A stretch of DNA of 64,000 bases from Deltaproteobacteria bacterium (GTDB taxonomy: Bacteria; Myxococcota_A; UBA9160; SMWR01): NCBI GenBank assembly GCA_032128375.1, contig JAQBGU010000143.1:1-64000 (forward strand), read 5' to 3'. Made by a program: the position numbers and the translations under genes. The notes beneath the pieces are model-generated. The model saw only the letters and a list, made by a program, of their open reading frames with translations. It did no database searches and was not told the origin of the DNA. Of this stretch, positions 31,645 through 42,630 are shown piece after piece. Within the stretch, counting starts at the first letter, position 1. Each line of letters begins with the position of its first letter.

Positions 31645-34600
31645 CTATCGGGAGGCCGCTCCGGTGCGATTGCTCATCGAACTCACGGTTCGCTTGACGG
31701 CGTCAGCGGCGTCGTCGAACAGCAGGTAGAACACGGGGACCACGATCAGCGTCAGCAGCGTCGACGAGAGCATGCCGGCAGCGGTTGCAATCGCCATCGG
31801 GGCGCGGCTCTCGGAGCCCGGTCCGAGGCCGAGCGCAGCCGGAAGCACCCCGAAGATCATCGACAGCGCCGTCATCAAGACCGGTCGCATCCGCACTGGC
31901 GCCGCGGTGCGCATCGCCTCCAGCTTTTCCATCCCCTGCGCGCGCAGCTGGTTCGCATAGTCGACAACGAGAATCGAGTTCTTCGTCACCAGGCCTAACA
32001 GCAGCAAGATTCCGATCATGCTGAACAGGTTGAGCGTGTTCGCGCTCACCAACAGACCGGCGAGCGCCCCCACCATCGCGAGCGGCAGAGCCAGCATCAC
32101 CGTCAATGGGTGCACGAGGCTCTCGAACTGCGCCGCCAGCACCATGTAGATCACGAGGATTGCCAACCCCAGTGCGAGCCCGAGTTCCGCCATGCCTTCC
32201 TGCATCGACTCTGCGTTGCCGCCGAGTACGAGCGTGGCGCCATCGGGCAATACCGCGACGCCGATCTCACGGATTTCTTCGATCGCAGTACCCAGTGCTT
32301 TGCCGACGAGGTTTCCAGTGATCGTCACGCTCCGTTGGCGATTCGCGCGCGTGATCGCGGATGGCGCGGCCCCCGTTTCCACGCGAATCACGTTGCGCAG
32401 CTCCACCAGCTCGCGGCGATCGTTGCGCACGAACAATCGGCCAAGCGCGGCCGGTTCGGCGCGGTCCTTTTCCTCGAGCCGCACGCGGATGTCGTAGCGC
32501 CGTCCGGCCTCTTTGAAGACACCCACGTCGAGGCCGCCCACCATCGCCTGAATCGCGGACGCCACGCTACGGGCGTCGACCCCCAGCGCCGCGGACCTCT
32601 TGCGGTCCGGCACAACGCGCAGCTCCGGCAGCCCGAGTTTGAGACTGTTGTCTACGTCGACGTAGCCCGGCAGTTTCTCGAGACGTTCGATGAACCGGTC
32701 CGCTAGCTCGGCGAGTTCCGCCAGCGGCAGGTCGGCGCGAACCTCGAACTCGAAGTCGCCGCGCTGCATGCTCATCACCTCGCCCATGCTGAAGATGCGC
32801 AGCGTGCGGCCGGGGATCTTGCCAAGCTGCTCGCGCGCGGCTTCGATCAGCTCGAAGATGCTGCGCTCGCGCATGTGCGCGGATTTCAGCATCGCGAAGA
32901 TCATTCCGGTGTGAGATTGCGGAATCGCATCCGGCCCACCACCTCCTCCACCAGCGGCGGAGAACATCGCCGACAGCTCCGGTTGCGCGAGCAGGTAGGC
33001 TTCGTCGCGTGCCAGATACTCGGCGGTCGCCTCGAGCGACGTCCCGGGCTGGGCTTCGAGCTGCGCCATCAGAAGACCACCGTCGGTCGGAGGCAGGAAC
33101 TCACCCTCGAGCTGTGAGCCGATCCCGATCGCCAACGCGAGGCTACCCAGTGCGAACGCCACCGTCGCGAGACGGTGGCTAAGCGTCCAATCCAGCAGTC
33201 CGCGATACGCGTCTTCCAGCCGCACGAACGCCGACTCGAGTCGCTGGTACACGCTTCCATGGGGTCTCTCCACCGGAGGGGGCATGCGCGCCGCTAGCAT
33301 GGGAGTCAACGTGAGCGCGACGAACAGCGAAATCACCACCGAGCCGGCAACCGTCAGACCAAACTCGCCCAGAAAGCTTCCGACAATCCCCTCGACGAAG
33401 ACGACAGGGAGGAACACGGCGGCCACTGCGAAGGTCGCCGCGGTCGCAGCAAAGGTGATCTCGCGCGTGCCTGTCGAGGCTGCCTCCGCCGGCGTTGCGC
33501 CGGCCTCGCGGTGTCGTTCGATGTTCTCGAGCACGACGATGGCGTCGTCGATCACGACGCCGACCGCCAGCGTCATGCCGAGCAGAGTCATCGTGTTCAG
33601 CGTGTAGCCGGCCGCCCATACCAGTCCGAATGTGGCGATCAGCGAGATCGGTATCGCTGCCGCGACGATCAGCGTTGGTCGCGTCCGGCGCAGGAACACG
33701 AATACGACCAAGACTGCAAGCAGCGCTCCGAACAGCAACGCGAACTGGGTCTCTTCGACTGCTTCGCGGACCCCGAGCGAAAAATCGATCCAACCGTCGG
33801 GCCCAACGATGTGCATGCCTTCGGGCAGGATTGCCCGGATCTTCCCAAACCTTCGAAACACCTCGTCGACGATTGCCACGGTATTCTCGCCGGACTTGCG
33901 CATCACACCGATGCCAACCATCAGGCGACCGTTGTAGCGGCCGATCATCTTCTCGTCTTCGGCGCCGTCTTCGATGCGCGCGACATTGCCGAGCAGGATC
34001 GGGGCGTCGCCGCTGTGTGCGACGACCAGCGATTCGAGCTCTTCGATCGTGTGAAACTCCGCGTCGGTTCGGACCGAGTACTCCATGCGGCCGCTTTCCA
34101 GCGCGCCCCCAGGTGCATCGACGTGTTGCCGAGCCAGTGCACCCACCACATCGCTGGCCGCCAGGCCGTGGGCACGCAACGCCTCGCCGTCGAGCCAGAT
34201 CCGGATGTTGCGCGCGCGATTGCCAAACATCTGCAAACCGGCCACGCCGGGAATCGTCTCGAGCAGCGGACTCAGCTGCCGCTCGGCAAAATCGGTGATC
34301 TCAGCAACCGACGCGTGCGACTCGAGCGGAAACCACAGCACGGGGATGTCGTTGGGATTGAAAGACCGCACGACTGGGGGCTCGAGCTCCGTTGGAAGCT
34401 CGAGGCGAGCAATCGCAATCGCGTCGCGCAGCTCCTGCGCCATCACATCGAGGTCCGCGCCGAGCCCGAATTCGACGATAATCTGCGCGCCACCCTGCTG
34501 GCTGGTCGAGCGCACGCTGCGCACACCGGAGAGCGTGGTCACCTGCTCTTCGATGACATCGACCACGCTCGACTCGACGGTCTCCGGACTCGCACCGGGC

Positions 34601-34752
34601 AGCACGGCAATCACCGTGAGCACCGGGAATTCCATGTTGGGGTATTGATCGAGGCCCAGACGGCTGTAGCCGAGCACGCCGAACACGATCAACGCGAGCG
34701 TCACCATCCAAGTCAGGATGGGACGTTGGATTGCGACGTCAGAAAGTGTCAT
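31645..34752 (-). CDS. RND efflux permease (AcrB/AcrD/AcrF family)
   Basis: 1035 aa; GVVIDDAIVVLENI, ALTLTPML, LAAQFES, GLVTKNSIL, RPVLMT. Confidence 0.96.
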   Translation of the reverse strand: MTLSDVAIQRPILTWMVTLALIVFGVLGYSRLGLDQYPNMEFPVLTVIAVLPGASPETVESSVVDVIEEQVTTLSGVRSVRSTSQQGGAQIIVEFGLGADLDVMAQELRDAIAIARLELPTELEPPVVRSFNPNDIPVLWFPLESHASVAEITDFAERQLSPLLETIPGVAGLQMFGNRARNIRIWLDGEALRAHGLAASDVVGALARQHVDAPGGALESGRMEYSVRTDAEFHTIEELESLVVAHSGDAPILLGNVARIEDGAEDEKMIGRYNGRLMVGIGVMRKSGENTVAIVDEVFRRFGKIRAILPEGMHIVGPDGWIDFSLGVREAVEETQFALLFGALLAVLVVFVFLRRTRPTLIVAAAIPISLIATFGLVWAAGYTLNTMTLLGMTLAVGVVIDDAIVVLENIERHREAGATPAEAASTGTREITFAATAATFAVAAVFLPVVFVEGIVGSFLGEFGLTVAGSVVISLFVALTLTPMLAARMPPPVERPHGSVYQRLESAFVRLEDAYRGLLDWTLSHRLATVAFALGSLALAIGIGSQLEGEFLPPTDGGLLMAQLEAQPGTSLEATAEYLARDEAYLLAQPELSAMFSAAGGGGGGPDAIPQSHTGMIFAMLKSAHMRERSIFELIEAAREQLGKIPGRTLRIFSMGEVMSMQRGDFEFEVRADLPLAELAELADRFIERLEKLPGYVDVDNSLKLGLPELRVVPDRKRSAALGVDARSVASAIQAMVGGLDVGVFKEAGRRYDIRVRLEEKDRAEPAALGRLFVRNDRRELVELRNVIRVETGAAPSAITRANRQRSVTITGNLVGKALGTAIEEIREIGVAVLPDGATLVLGGNAESMQEGMAELGLALGLAILVIYMVLAAQFESLVHPLTVMLALPLAMVGALAGLLVSANTLNLFSMIGILLLLGLVTKNSILVVDYANQLRAQGMEKLEAMRTAAPVRMRPVLMTALSMIFGVLPAALGLGPGSESRAPMAIATAAGMLSSTLLTLIVVPVFYLLFDDAADAVKRTVSSMSNRTGAASR

Positions 34753-35966
34753 GTGCCGGGGGCGCCGGGAGCCAAAGCCGCGGAGTCGAAATCGCTGCCG
34801 TCCATGTTGCGCAGTGCCACCGGCGAGCCATCGACGAGATTGGACTGGCCCCGCACGACCACCCAGTCTCCGGCGGCCACCGCACCGCTGATCTCGACCA
34901 GGCCACCTCGGTGGGCCCCGGCTTTGATGGTCACGCGCGCTACGTGTTCGCCACCGGGCTCCAACTTGAAAAGCACGCTGCCGTCGGATCGCAGCAGCAG
35001 CGCCTCCTTGGGGACCATGATCACGCCGCTGCGCTCGGCCACTCCCAGGTCGACCTGAGCGAATGAGCCCGGCAACAGCCTGCCGTCGCGATTCTCGATC
35101 AACGCCTTCGCCCGGCGTGTCCTCGATTCCGAGTCGATCGTCGGAGAGACGACGCTCACCACGCCGTGCGACACCAGGTCTGGATGTGTCGCGACCCGCA
35201 CCTCGACCGTCTGGCCGATCGCAACGCGCGATGAGTCGACTTCGGGTAGGAAGAACTCGACCTCGACCGGATCGAGCGCTACCAGGCTGAACAGCTTCTG
35301 CCCGGAATTGACGAACTCGCCCGCGTTCACCAGCCTGCGCGCGACGAGTGCGTCAAACGGCGCTCGCACACTGGCGTCGGCGACCGCGCGCTCGGCCAGC
35401 CCGAGCCGCGCAGCAACTGCGAGCAGCTGCGCGCTTGCCAGCTCCAACCGCGTCAGCTTCTCGTCGAGCCGCGCCTTGGACCCTACACCACTGCTCGCGA
35501 GCTGCTCGGCTCGCTTCACCTCACGGCTCGCTTCGACCTGCTGCGCCTGCATCTGGGCCAGGCTGGCACGCGCGTCGGCGAGTTCGAGCTTTCGACGCCC
35601 GGGATCGATCTCGATGACGACCTGCCCGAGTGTCACTGCAGCTCCCTCATCGACCGCAATTCCGGTAATCTCACCCGACACCTGTGCGGCGACAGTTGCC
35701 TCTGCCTTTGCGAGCAGTTGCCCGGTCGCCTCGATCCGGTCGACAACATCTTGCGCGATCGCACGTCCGACCATGACCGGAGGTGCACCGGCAGGCGGCG
35801 AGGCGGCGTCCTCGGAGCATGCAGTCACTGCCAGCCCTGCGGCACAGAGCGCAAGCCAGCGGAGCGGTCGGATCGCGCCACTGGCGTTTGGGCCGCGCAA
35901 TCCGAGATTTTGCGCGTCGGGCGGGCGCCTCCGTTTAGAGGTGAGTGTCGCTGCGATTCGATTCAT
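34749..35966 (-). CDS. RND periplasmic adaptor (membrane fusion protein)
   Basis: TAC lipobox; AQVSGEI..VDEG, VRAPFD, LLPGSF. Confidence 0.92.
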   Translation of the reverse strand: MNRIAATLTSKRRRPPDAQNLGLRGPNASGAIRPLRWLALCAAGLAVTACSEDAASPPAGAPPVMVGRAIAQDVVDRIEATGQLLAKAEATVAAQVSGEITGIAVDEGAAVTLGQVVIEIDPGRRKLELADARASLAQMQAQQVEASREVKRAEQLASSGVGSKARLDEKLTRLELASAQLLAVAARLGLAERAVADASVRAPFDALVARRLVNAGEFVNSGQKLFSLVALDPVEVEFFLPEVDSSRVAIGQTVEVRVATHPDLVSHGVVSVVSPTIDSESRTRRAKALIENRDGRLLPGSFAQVDLGVAERSGVIMVPKEALLLRSDGSVLFKLEPGGEHVARVTIKAGAHRGGLVEISGAVAAGDWVVVRGQSNLVDGSPVALRNMDGSDFDSAALAPGAPGT

Positions 35967-36634
35967 TTCGGCCCGGGAGATTCGAGAATCCGCTCGAAGA
36001 TTGCGCGGACAGCGGGCGCCGCGTCGGAGACCGCGCCTCTTTCCGATGCTTCTACCCAGCGGGCCGCCGCCATGTTGATCGTGCCGGTGATCGAAACGGC
36101 TACGGCTTCGGGATCGAGAGTTCCGAGGTAGCCCTGCTGCTTGGCGCGCGAAGCGATGTCGATGACCCAGGACGTGAATTGCTCAAAAATCCGAAGAGAG
36201 GGCTCGCCCAAAGTCTGTCGCACCTTCCACGGAAGACCCTGGGTGCTGTCGGCGAACAGGCGGAGTAAGTCCGCGTGCTCATCGAAGCAGGAAAACAGCG
36301 CGTCGATCAGAGCCAGAAGCTGCTCTCTCGGATCGGCGATTGCGTCGACCTGGACTTGAACTTTGTCCCGCACGGCTTCAGCCGCGCTGCGGATCACTTC
36401 CTGATAGATCTCTTCCTTGCTCGCGAACAGCACATACAGCGACCGGGTCGAGAGTTCGGCGTCCGCCGCAATCTCGGCTACCTGCGCGCCTTGAAATCCC
36501 TTCGCCGCGAAAATCGCCGAGGCCGCAGTGATGACATCGGCACGCCGCATTGCCGATTCGCGTTCACGCCGTTCGGCTCGAAGAGACTTTGCTTCCAATT
36601 TCGCCACTTCCGGTTGAACCCGAATTCCGATCAA
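35963..36634 (-). CDS. TetR/AcrR family regulator
   Basis: AASAIFAAKGF...VAEIAADAELSTRSLYVLFASKEEI; start uncertain. Confidence 0.92.
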   Translation of the reverse strand: MIGIRVQPEVAKLEAKSLRAERRERESAMRRADVITAASAIFAAKGFQGAQVAEIAADAELSTRSLYVLFASKEEIYQEVIRSAAEAVRDKVQVQVDAIADPREQLLALIDALFSCFDEHADLLRLFADSTQGLPWKVRQTLGEPSLRIFEQFTSWVIDIASRAKQQGYLGTLDPEAVAVSITGTINMAAARWVEASERGAVSDAAPAVRAIFERILESPGPK

Positions 36635-36844
36635 GTTCCGGTAGTTCCCATCGCATTGGCGCTTTGTCAGCTACGGCTGGCTACGTGACCGCCGGCGGCT
36701 CTTCGATCGGAATTCACTGATCTCGAATCGAAAATTTCTCGGGTAGACAGTGTATTATAAGTTTTCGATTTGAAAATACATAATTTACCAGTATTTCCCT
36801 AGTGGGGAGGAGTCCCCGCTCCGATCGGCGACACACTGACCCGG

Positions 36845-38536
36845 CTAGAAGAGTCCTGTGATCCGACCGTCGTCGTCCACGTCGATCTTCTCGGCCGAGG
36901 GCACCCGCGGCAGGCCCGGCATCGTCGTGATGTCACCGCAGTAGACGACCACAAATTCCGCCCCGGCCGCTAGACGAACATCGCGCACGGTCAGATCGAA
37001 TTGACTGGGTGCACCGAGCAGCATTGGATCGGATGAAAAGGAGTACTGAGTCTTGGCCATGCAGACCGGCAGCTGGCCGTAGCCGTCAGCGTCCAGCTGC
37101 CGGAATTTATCCCGAACGCGCTTGTCGGCTTCCAGGTCGCGCGCACCGTAGACATTCCGCGCGATCCTCTCGACCTTGCCCCATAGCGGTAGATCGTCGG
37201 GATACAGGTAGTGGAAATCCGAGGGAACGTTTTCGATGACGTGAACCACGGCTTCGGCCAGCCGGCGGCCACCCTTCGAGCCGTGCTGCCATACCGTGCT
37301 CTCGATGACCTCGACACCGAGATGTGCGCATTTCTGCACGGTTGAATTCACTTCGGCTGCGCTGTCGTTGTCGAATCGGTTCAGCGCGACGACAACCGGC
37401 AGACCAAAGGACCGGACATTCTCGATGTGGCGCTTCAAATTCGCGAGCCCCTTCGAAAGCGCAGTCAGATTCTCGCTGCCGAGGTCGGCCTTTGCGACTC
37501 CACCGTGCATCTTGAGGGCGCGCACGGTTGCGACCATGACGACGACGTCGGGACTGAATCCCGCCTGGCGACAAACAATGTTCATGAACTTCTCGGCACC
37601 CAGATCCGAACCGAAGCCGGCCTCGGTCACGACGTTGTCGGCCAGTTGCAGCGCCGCGCGCGTGGCGATGATCGAGTTCGCACCGTGGGCGATGTTCGCG
37701 AAGGGACCACCGTGAATAAAGGTGGGTGTGTGTTCGATGGTCTGAACGAGGTTCGGGCGGATCGCATCCTTGAGAAGCGCCGTCATGGCACCGTCGACCT
37801 TCAGGTCTCGCGCCGTGACCGGCTGCCGATCGTAGGTATGGCCGATCACGATGTTGCCGATGCGGCGCCTGAGATCTGGAAGGTCGTCGCACAAGCAAAA
37901 ACATGCCATGACTTCCGATGCCACTGTGATCTGAAACGAATCCTCGCGCGTTATCGAATTGTTGACACCACCCAAGCCTACGACGATGCCGCGTAAGGCG
38001 CGGTCGTTCATGTCGACAACGCGCGACCACGTCACGCGCCGCGGGTCGATCCCGAGCTGATTGCCGAAATGAATGTGGTTGTCGATGACGGCGGACAGCA
38101 GGTTGTTCGCGAGACCGATCGCATGAAAGTCGCCGGTGAAGTGGAGGTTGATCTCCTCCATCGGCAGAACCTGGGAATAGCCTCCTCCCGCTGCGCCGCC
38201 CTTCATTCCAAAGCACGGGCCCAAAGAGGGTTCGCGCAGACACAGCATCGTGTCCTGTCCGATGGCTCGAAGGGAATCCGCGAGCCCGACAGAAGTCGTG
38301 GTCTTGCCTTCTCCGGCAGGTGTTGGGCTCATGGCGGTCACGAGAATGAGCTTTCCCCGGCCCTTCTTCCCTGCGGCGAGCGACCTGCACCTGGCCAGAC
38401 TGAGCTTGGCGATATACCGCCCATAGCAGTCGAAATCCTCGTCCCCGAGCCCGAGCTGTGTCGCGATCGCGCCGATCGGCTTGATCTGTGCGGCCTGGGC
38501 GATCGCGATATCGCTCGGGACGGTTGAATTGGCCAT
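36845..38536 (-). CDS. fhs: Formate--tetrahydrofolate ligase
   Basis: [52 protein letters not shown]. Confidence 0.98.
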   Translation of the reverse strand: MANSTVPSDIAIAQAAQIKPIGAIATQLGLGDEDFDCYGRYIAKLSLARCRSLAAGKKGRGKLILVTAMSPTPAGEGKTTTSVGLADSLRAIGQDTMLCLREPSLGPCFGMKGGAAGGGYSQVLPMEEINLHFTGDFHAIGLANNLLSAVIDNHIHFGNQLGIDPRRVTWSRVVDMNDRALRGIVVGLGGVNNSITREDSFQITVASEVMACFCLCDDLPDLRRRIGNIVIGHTYDRQPVTARDLKVDGAMTALLKDAIRPNLVQTIEHTPTFIHGGPFANIAHGANSIIATRAALQLADNVVTEAGFGSDLGAEKFMNIVCRQAGFSPDVVVMVATVRALKMHGGVAKADLGSENLTALSKGLANLKRHIENVRSFGLPVVVALNRFDNDSAAEVNSTVQKCAHLGVEVIESTVWQHGSKGGRRLAEAVVHVIENVPSDFHYLYPDDLPLWGKVERIARNVYGARDLEADKRVRDKFRQLDADGYGQLPVCMAKTQYSFSSDPMLLGAPSQFDLTVRDVRLAAGAEFVVVYCGDITTMPGLPRVPSAEKIDVDDDGRITGLF

Positions 38537-38598
38537 GGAGTTCTCCTTGATGCGGCGGAACCGAAACAAGCCGACCTGCTCGGGTCTCGAGGGGTTTG

Positions 38599-38630
38599 GA
38601 AAATCTGTTGACAAGAAAATCTGTTGACAA
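38599..38630. repeat. 16-bp exact tandem repeat upstream of fhs
   Basis: gaaaatctgttgacaa x2, AT-rich, about 60 nt upstream of the fhs start. Confidence 0.85.
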
Positions 38631-38859
38631 AGGGAAGCAATAGCTGCGATTCATGCACCAATGCCGAGTCGGCTGCAAGTATTGCCGGGTTCGAGGTCGC
38701 CAACCCGAGAGGCCTGCTCGGTTGAGCTTGCACTCGGCGGCCAACCGGCTCGTTTGGGAGTACCTTCGCCCGCGGGACTCGGGCCGTTCTCGTCGCCCAA
38801 GTCCGAGCTCCATCTCGAAACTTCGCTCCGCGAACAGCCCGACGGTCCGTTCGCGCAGC

Positions 38860-39282
38860 GCGCGTTCGACCTGCTTGTCGAACGCACGGCCGGCCCATAC
38901 GGTGGGATCGACGAGCCGAACCTGCCAAACGTGATCGGTTTCGATCCAGCGCTGCAGGTGCTGGCGATCGAAGACGCCGTTTCCGGATTGGTGTTCGCAG
39001 CCGAGTACGAGCTGGCGGGCGTGTACAACCTCGCTTCAGCCGGTCTAATTCGCTACAGCGAAAGCGCGTCACGTGATGGGCCGCCCCGCGCTCCCGGTAC
39101 TGCCGATCGAGGCGGGTCCACAGAGACCTCTCGCTCGCCTCATCGGAATCTCCCACGTGCCCGATGGACTGCTCGGCCTGATGCTCTTCTTCGGGCAGGC
39201 TGTCTACGCGTGGAAACTGGCATCCGCCGGCTTCCACCCGCACCACGACCTGGTCGGCTACCTCGAGGCCCTTCGGAGCTGA
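38860..39282 (+). pseudogene. NAD-dependent epimerase/dehydratase C-terminal fragment
   Basis: GFDPALQVLAIEDAV...GVYNLA, then frameshift to MGRPALPV...AGFHPHHD; no Rossmann N-terminus. Confidence 0.6.
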
Positions 39283-39436
39283 ATCACCGCGCAGCGCGGT
39301 GAGCCCTCATCGCCGTCTGGCACGCGGCTATCGCCCGATCGGCGCAAGGGCTGTCCAGTGCCACAGGAACGCTCGATCGATTGGTCCTCAAGTCAACAGA
39401 CCAGAGCGCCGAATTCAGGTGCTTGGGAGTCTGCTT

Positions 39437-40672
39437 TTGATTGATTCGGCTTTCGTCACCAAGATCCTCAAATCAGCCGTCGCCGTCGGCGCGTCGGATG
39501 TGCACCTCAAGGCCGGAGAGCCGGTATTGCTGCGGGTTCGGGGCGAGCTGCAACCCCTCAATATCCCGAAGCTGACGCCCGAAGACACGCAGCAGGTGTT
39601 CGAGTCTCTGCGGCCCACCCATGCAGCCAACGTCGAAGCCGACCAGGTCCAGGAACTCGACTTCGCCCACTCCGTGTCGGGCCTCGGGCGCTTCCGCGTC
39701 AACACGTTTCGGCAGCGGGGCAGTATCGCGCTCGTCATCCGGATCGTCCCATTAGAGGTCCCCAGGCTCAAGGATCTGAATCTTCCAGATCAGCTCCCGA
39801 ACCTGGCGAGCGAAAAGCGCGGGCTGGTGTTGGTGACGGGAACGACCGGAAGCGGCAAATCCACCACCCTCGCAGCGATGATCGACCACATCAACAATAC
39901 GCGACGCGCCCACGTGATCACGATCGAGGACCCCATCGAGTTTTTCTTTCGCAACAAGCGTGCCTCGATCGTGCAGCGCGAAATCGGTATCGACACTTCC
40001 TCGTTCTCTGTGGCCCTGCGGGCCGCTCTTCGCCAGGACCCCGACATCCTGATGATCGGCGAGATGCGCGATACGGAAACAATCGACATCGCACTCAAGG
40101 CTGCCGAGACGGGCCACTTGGTGCTCAGCACGACCCACACCACCGACGCCACGAAAACGGTGCAGCGGATCCTCTCCGTGTTCCCCTCCAGTGACCAGCC
40201 CATGATGCGCGTGCGCCTGTCGGAGTGTCTGCGCGGGGTGATCTCACAGCGCCTGCTACCGCGCGCGGATGGAATCGGCCTGATCCCGGCGGTGGAAATC
40301 ATGGTCGCGACCCGCGTGATCCAGGAGTCGATCCGGGACCCGGAACGAACCTTCCAGATTCAGGACTACATCCAGAAGGGCAAGCACTACGGCATGCAGA
40401 CCTTCGACCAGGCGCTGATCGCGCTAGTCAATGCGGGTCTCATCACGTGGGAGGTCGCGCTCACCGCGGCCTCGAGCCCAGGCGATCTGGACCTGCAGCG
40501 CCGGATGGGCGTCGACGGGGAAGAGGAGATGACCATCGAAGAACATCAGCACTACGCCGGCGGGGACGAGGACAAAAATCTCGAAGTAGCGAGGCCTGTC
40601 GCTCCGCCCCCGAGCGCGTCCCCCGATCCAGAGGCGGACCCGCCCGCAGCTGAGGCCCCTGGAAAAGCCTGA
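39437..40672 (+). CDS. pilT: PilT/PilU family type IV pilus ATPase
   Basis: GASDVHL, GRFRVN, GTTGSGKSTT, TIEDPIE, LRQDPDILMIGEMRD, AAETGHLV, GMQTFDQ. Confidence 0.95.
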   Translation: MIDSAFVTKILKSAVAVGASDVHLKAGEPVLLRVRGELQPLNIPKLTPEDTQQVFESLRPTHAANVEADQVQELDFAHSVSGLGRFRVNTFRQRGSIALVIRIVPLEVPRLKDLNLPDQLPNLASEKRGLVLVTGTTGSGKSTTLAAMIDHINNTRRAHVITIEDPIEFFFRNKRASIVQREIGIDTSSFSVALRAALRQDPDILMIGEMRDTETIDIALKAAETGHLVLSTTHTTDATKTVQRILSVFPSSDQPMMRVRLSECLRGVISQRLLPRADGIGLIPAVEIMVATRVIQESIRDPERTFQIQDYIQKGKHYGMQTFDQALIALVNAGLITWEVALTAASSPGDLDLQRRMGVDGEEEMTIEEHQHYAGGDEDKNLEVARPVAPPPSASPDPEADPPAAEAPGKA

Positions 40673-40730
40673 CGAGTCAAGGGCATCTCTCATCACATCG
40701 CTACCAACGCAGCAGCGAACCTTGCGTGGG

Positions 40731-42539
40731 TCAGCAGTCGAGCAAGCTCGGGAGAAGATGGGCTATGGCGAGCGCTTCGGGAAAGTCGCGCCCAGGGTCC
40801 TCCTGCCAGGAGTTTCGGGCTTTTCCCGCGTCGAACACCGAGGTCCAGAATCCGTTGCGGTCGAAGGCCTCCTCGATGATGGGGGCGGCCACTTCCTTCC
40901 AATACAGGTTGGGCTTGTAGGTCCTGCGGTGCCGCGCGCGCCGCCAGTCGTTGCCCTGCTCGTGGAAGTGTCGCTTGCTGCGCTTCAACTTGAGCTTCGG
41001 AATCCTTCCCGAGGCGACGTCCTTTTGTGTGGCCTGATCCTCGTAAGGGATATCGGCCCAGTCGGGCGCGAGGGTCCCGACGATGTGACGGTGGAACGGG
41101 CGATCGGCGATCTCGCGCTCGGGATACGCGTAGCAGGCGCGAATGAAGCCCGCGGACATGTACGGAGCGACCACCAGCCCCGGCTGTGATGCGAGCGTCG
41201 CCGAGCCCCAGCGTCGCGTGTACTCGTAGAGAAAGAAGAAGTGGAGCCTTGCGAGTCCAGTGAGCCCGTAGCGATCGGCCTGCCGATAGGCGGTGATGAT
41301 GCGCTCGCGCACGGCCTCGTGCATGTCCGGGCGCAGGAAGCTCGGCGCGTGATCCATTAATGTGTCGACGAGCCGCGGCTCGTGCAGATCGTCGGGAAGC
41401 TCGCGCGCGCCGATCTTCACGACGAAGTCGGCCTTGCCGAAACCCCCGTGCTGACCCATCACGTTGACCACGCCCGCGTCGAGGTGCGGCTTGCGTGCGA
41501 GGAACGTCGTGTGGCGCCGCAGGTCCATGGCCCCGGCCTGCCAGAGCAGGGCACTGCTGATGCTGCGTCGGCAACCAGCGGCGTCGTCGGGCGGGAAGCC
41601 GCCCTTGACCTTGATGCGGAGGCGGAGGCCGGCGATGCGCGCCAGCTCGTTCGAGATCATCACGTCGAAGCGATCCTGGCTGCCGCGCACGCGAACGTCG
41701 AAATCCTCTCCAAGCGATCGCAGTGTGGACACGACGACTCGGCTGTCCCAACCGCCTGAGAGTCCGACACTCGGCTTGTTCCACTGCGACGCACACGCGC
41801 GCAGGTGCTCGCGGATCGAAGTGCGACCGAGTTCGAGGCACGCATCGCGGGGCATCGGATCGGGCACGACCCAGCGCTCCAGCACATCGTGTCGCGTCCT
41901 CGAGAGTCGGCCCGCGGTGTCGATCTGCAGGGCCGTTCCGGGCTCCAGATACCGGACGCCGCGAAAGCCGGTCGTGTCCATGGGAAACCAGCCCAGCGTG
42001 AAGCGTGTTGCAAACTCCACGGGGTCTGGCTCGAGGGGTACGCCGAGAACCGGCAGGGCGCTGACGCGATTGGTCAACGCCCAGAGCGGACCCCTTTCGA
42101 CCTCGAAGAGCTGCGCCTGGCCCATGGCGTCGTTCTGGACCCGGACATCGTCGCCGGACTTCGACCAGATCAGCGAAAACGGAGGGGCAAGATCGGCCAG
42201 CAGTGACGGTGCATCGGCTTCGAGCTGCTGGCCCAAGTCTCGCAGCACGCCGTCGTCGTTCGCAGGAGTGGCCCGCTTGCGCAGTACGGCGACTGCGTCG
42301 AGGGGATACTCGGGGGCCAGCGCCCAGCCGTTGCCCGACGCCTCGAAACACGCAGGCTCCCAGCCCCGGATCGGGAGGTCGAGGTAGGCCAGGTGGGTGT
42401 CCCCTGCGAATTTCACCCGCACGGGCGGCGGCTCGGCAAACAGCGGCGCGAACCGACTCTGCAGGTTCGCAGCGACCTGGTGGGGAGCAAGATCATCGCG
42501 GATCGCGCCAGCGTTTCGCCACAACAAGAAGATCAACAT
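40731..42539 (-). CDS. Asparagine-synthetase-like ATP-dependent amide ligase fold protein
   Basis: Ntn-like segment (NDAMGQAQLF, TGFRGVRYLEPG) without N-terminal Cys; PP-loop GLSGGWDSR. Confidence 0.7.
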   Translation of the reverse strand: MLIFLLWRNAGAIRDDLAPHQVAANLQSRFAPLFAEPPPVRVKFAGDTHLAYLDLPIRGWEPACFEASGNGWALAPEYPLDAVAVLRKRATPANDDGVLRDLGQQLEADAPSLLADLAPPFSLIWSKSGDDVRVQNDAMGQAQLFEVERGPLWALTNRVSALPVLGVPLEPDPVEFATRFTLGWFPMDTTGFRGVRYLEPGTALQIDTAGRLSRTRHDVLERWVVPDPMPRDACLELGRTSIREHLRACASQWNKPSVGLSGGWDSRVVVSTLRSLGEDFDVRVRGSQDRFDVMISNELARIAGLRLRIKVKGGFPPDDAAGCRRSISSALLWQAGAMDLRRHTTFLARKPHLDAGVVNVMGQHGGFGKADFVVKIGARELPDDLHEPRLVDTLMDHAPSFLRPDMHEAVRERIITAYRQADRYGLTGLARLHFFFLYEYTRRWGSATLASQPGLVVAPYMSAGFIRACYAYPEREIADRPFHRHIVGTLAPDWADIPYEDQATQKDVASGRIPKLKLKRSKRHFHEQGNDWRRARHRRTYKPNLYWKEVAAPIIEEAFDRNGFWTSVFDAGKARNSWQEDPGRDFPEALAIAHLLPSLLDC

Positions 42540-42630
42540 GCGTATTCCTTCATCCGGCGTTGAGCAATCTGCGCGACGCGACGCTCACCACGCGGCTGCC
42601 GGCCCAACCGTCGGCACTGCCGCGCGTGTA

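Noticed and set aside
39317..39334. TGGCACG sigma-54 site upstream of pilT
   Set aside because: GG-to-GC spacing is not 10 nt
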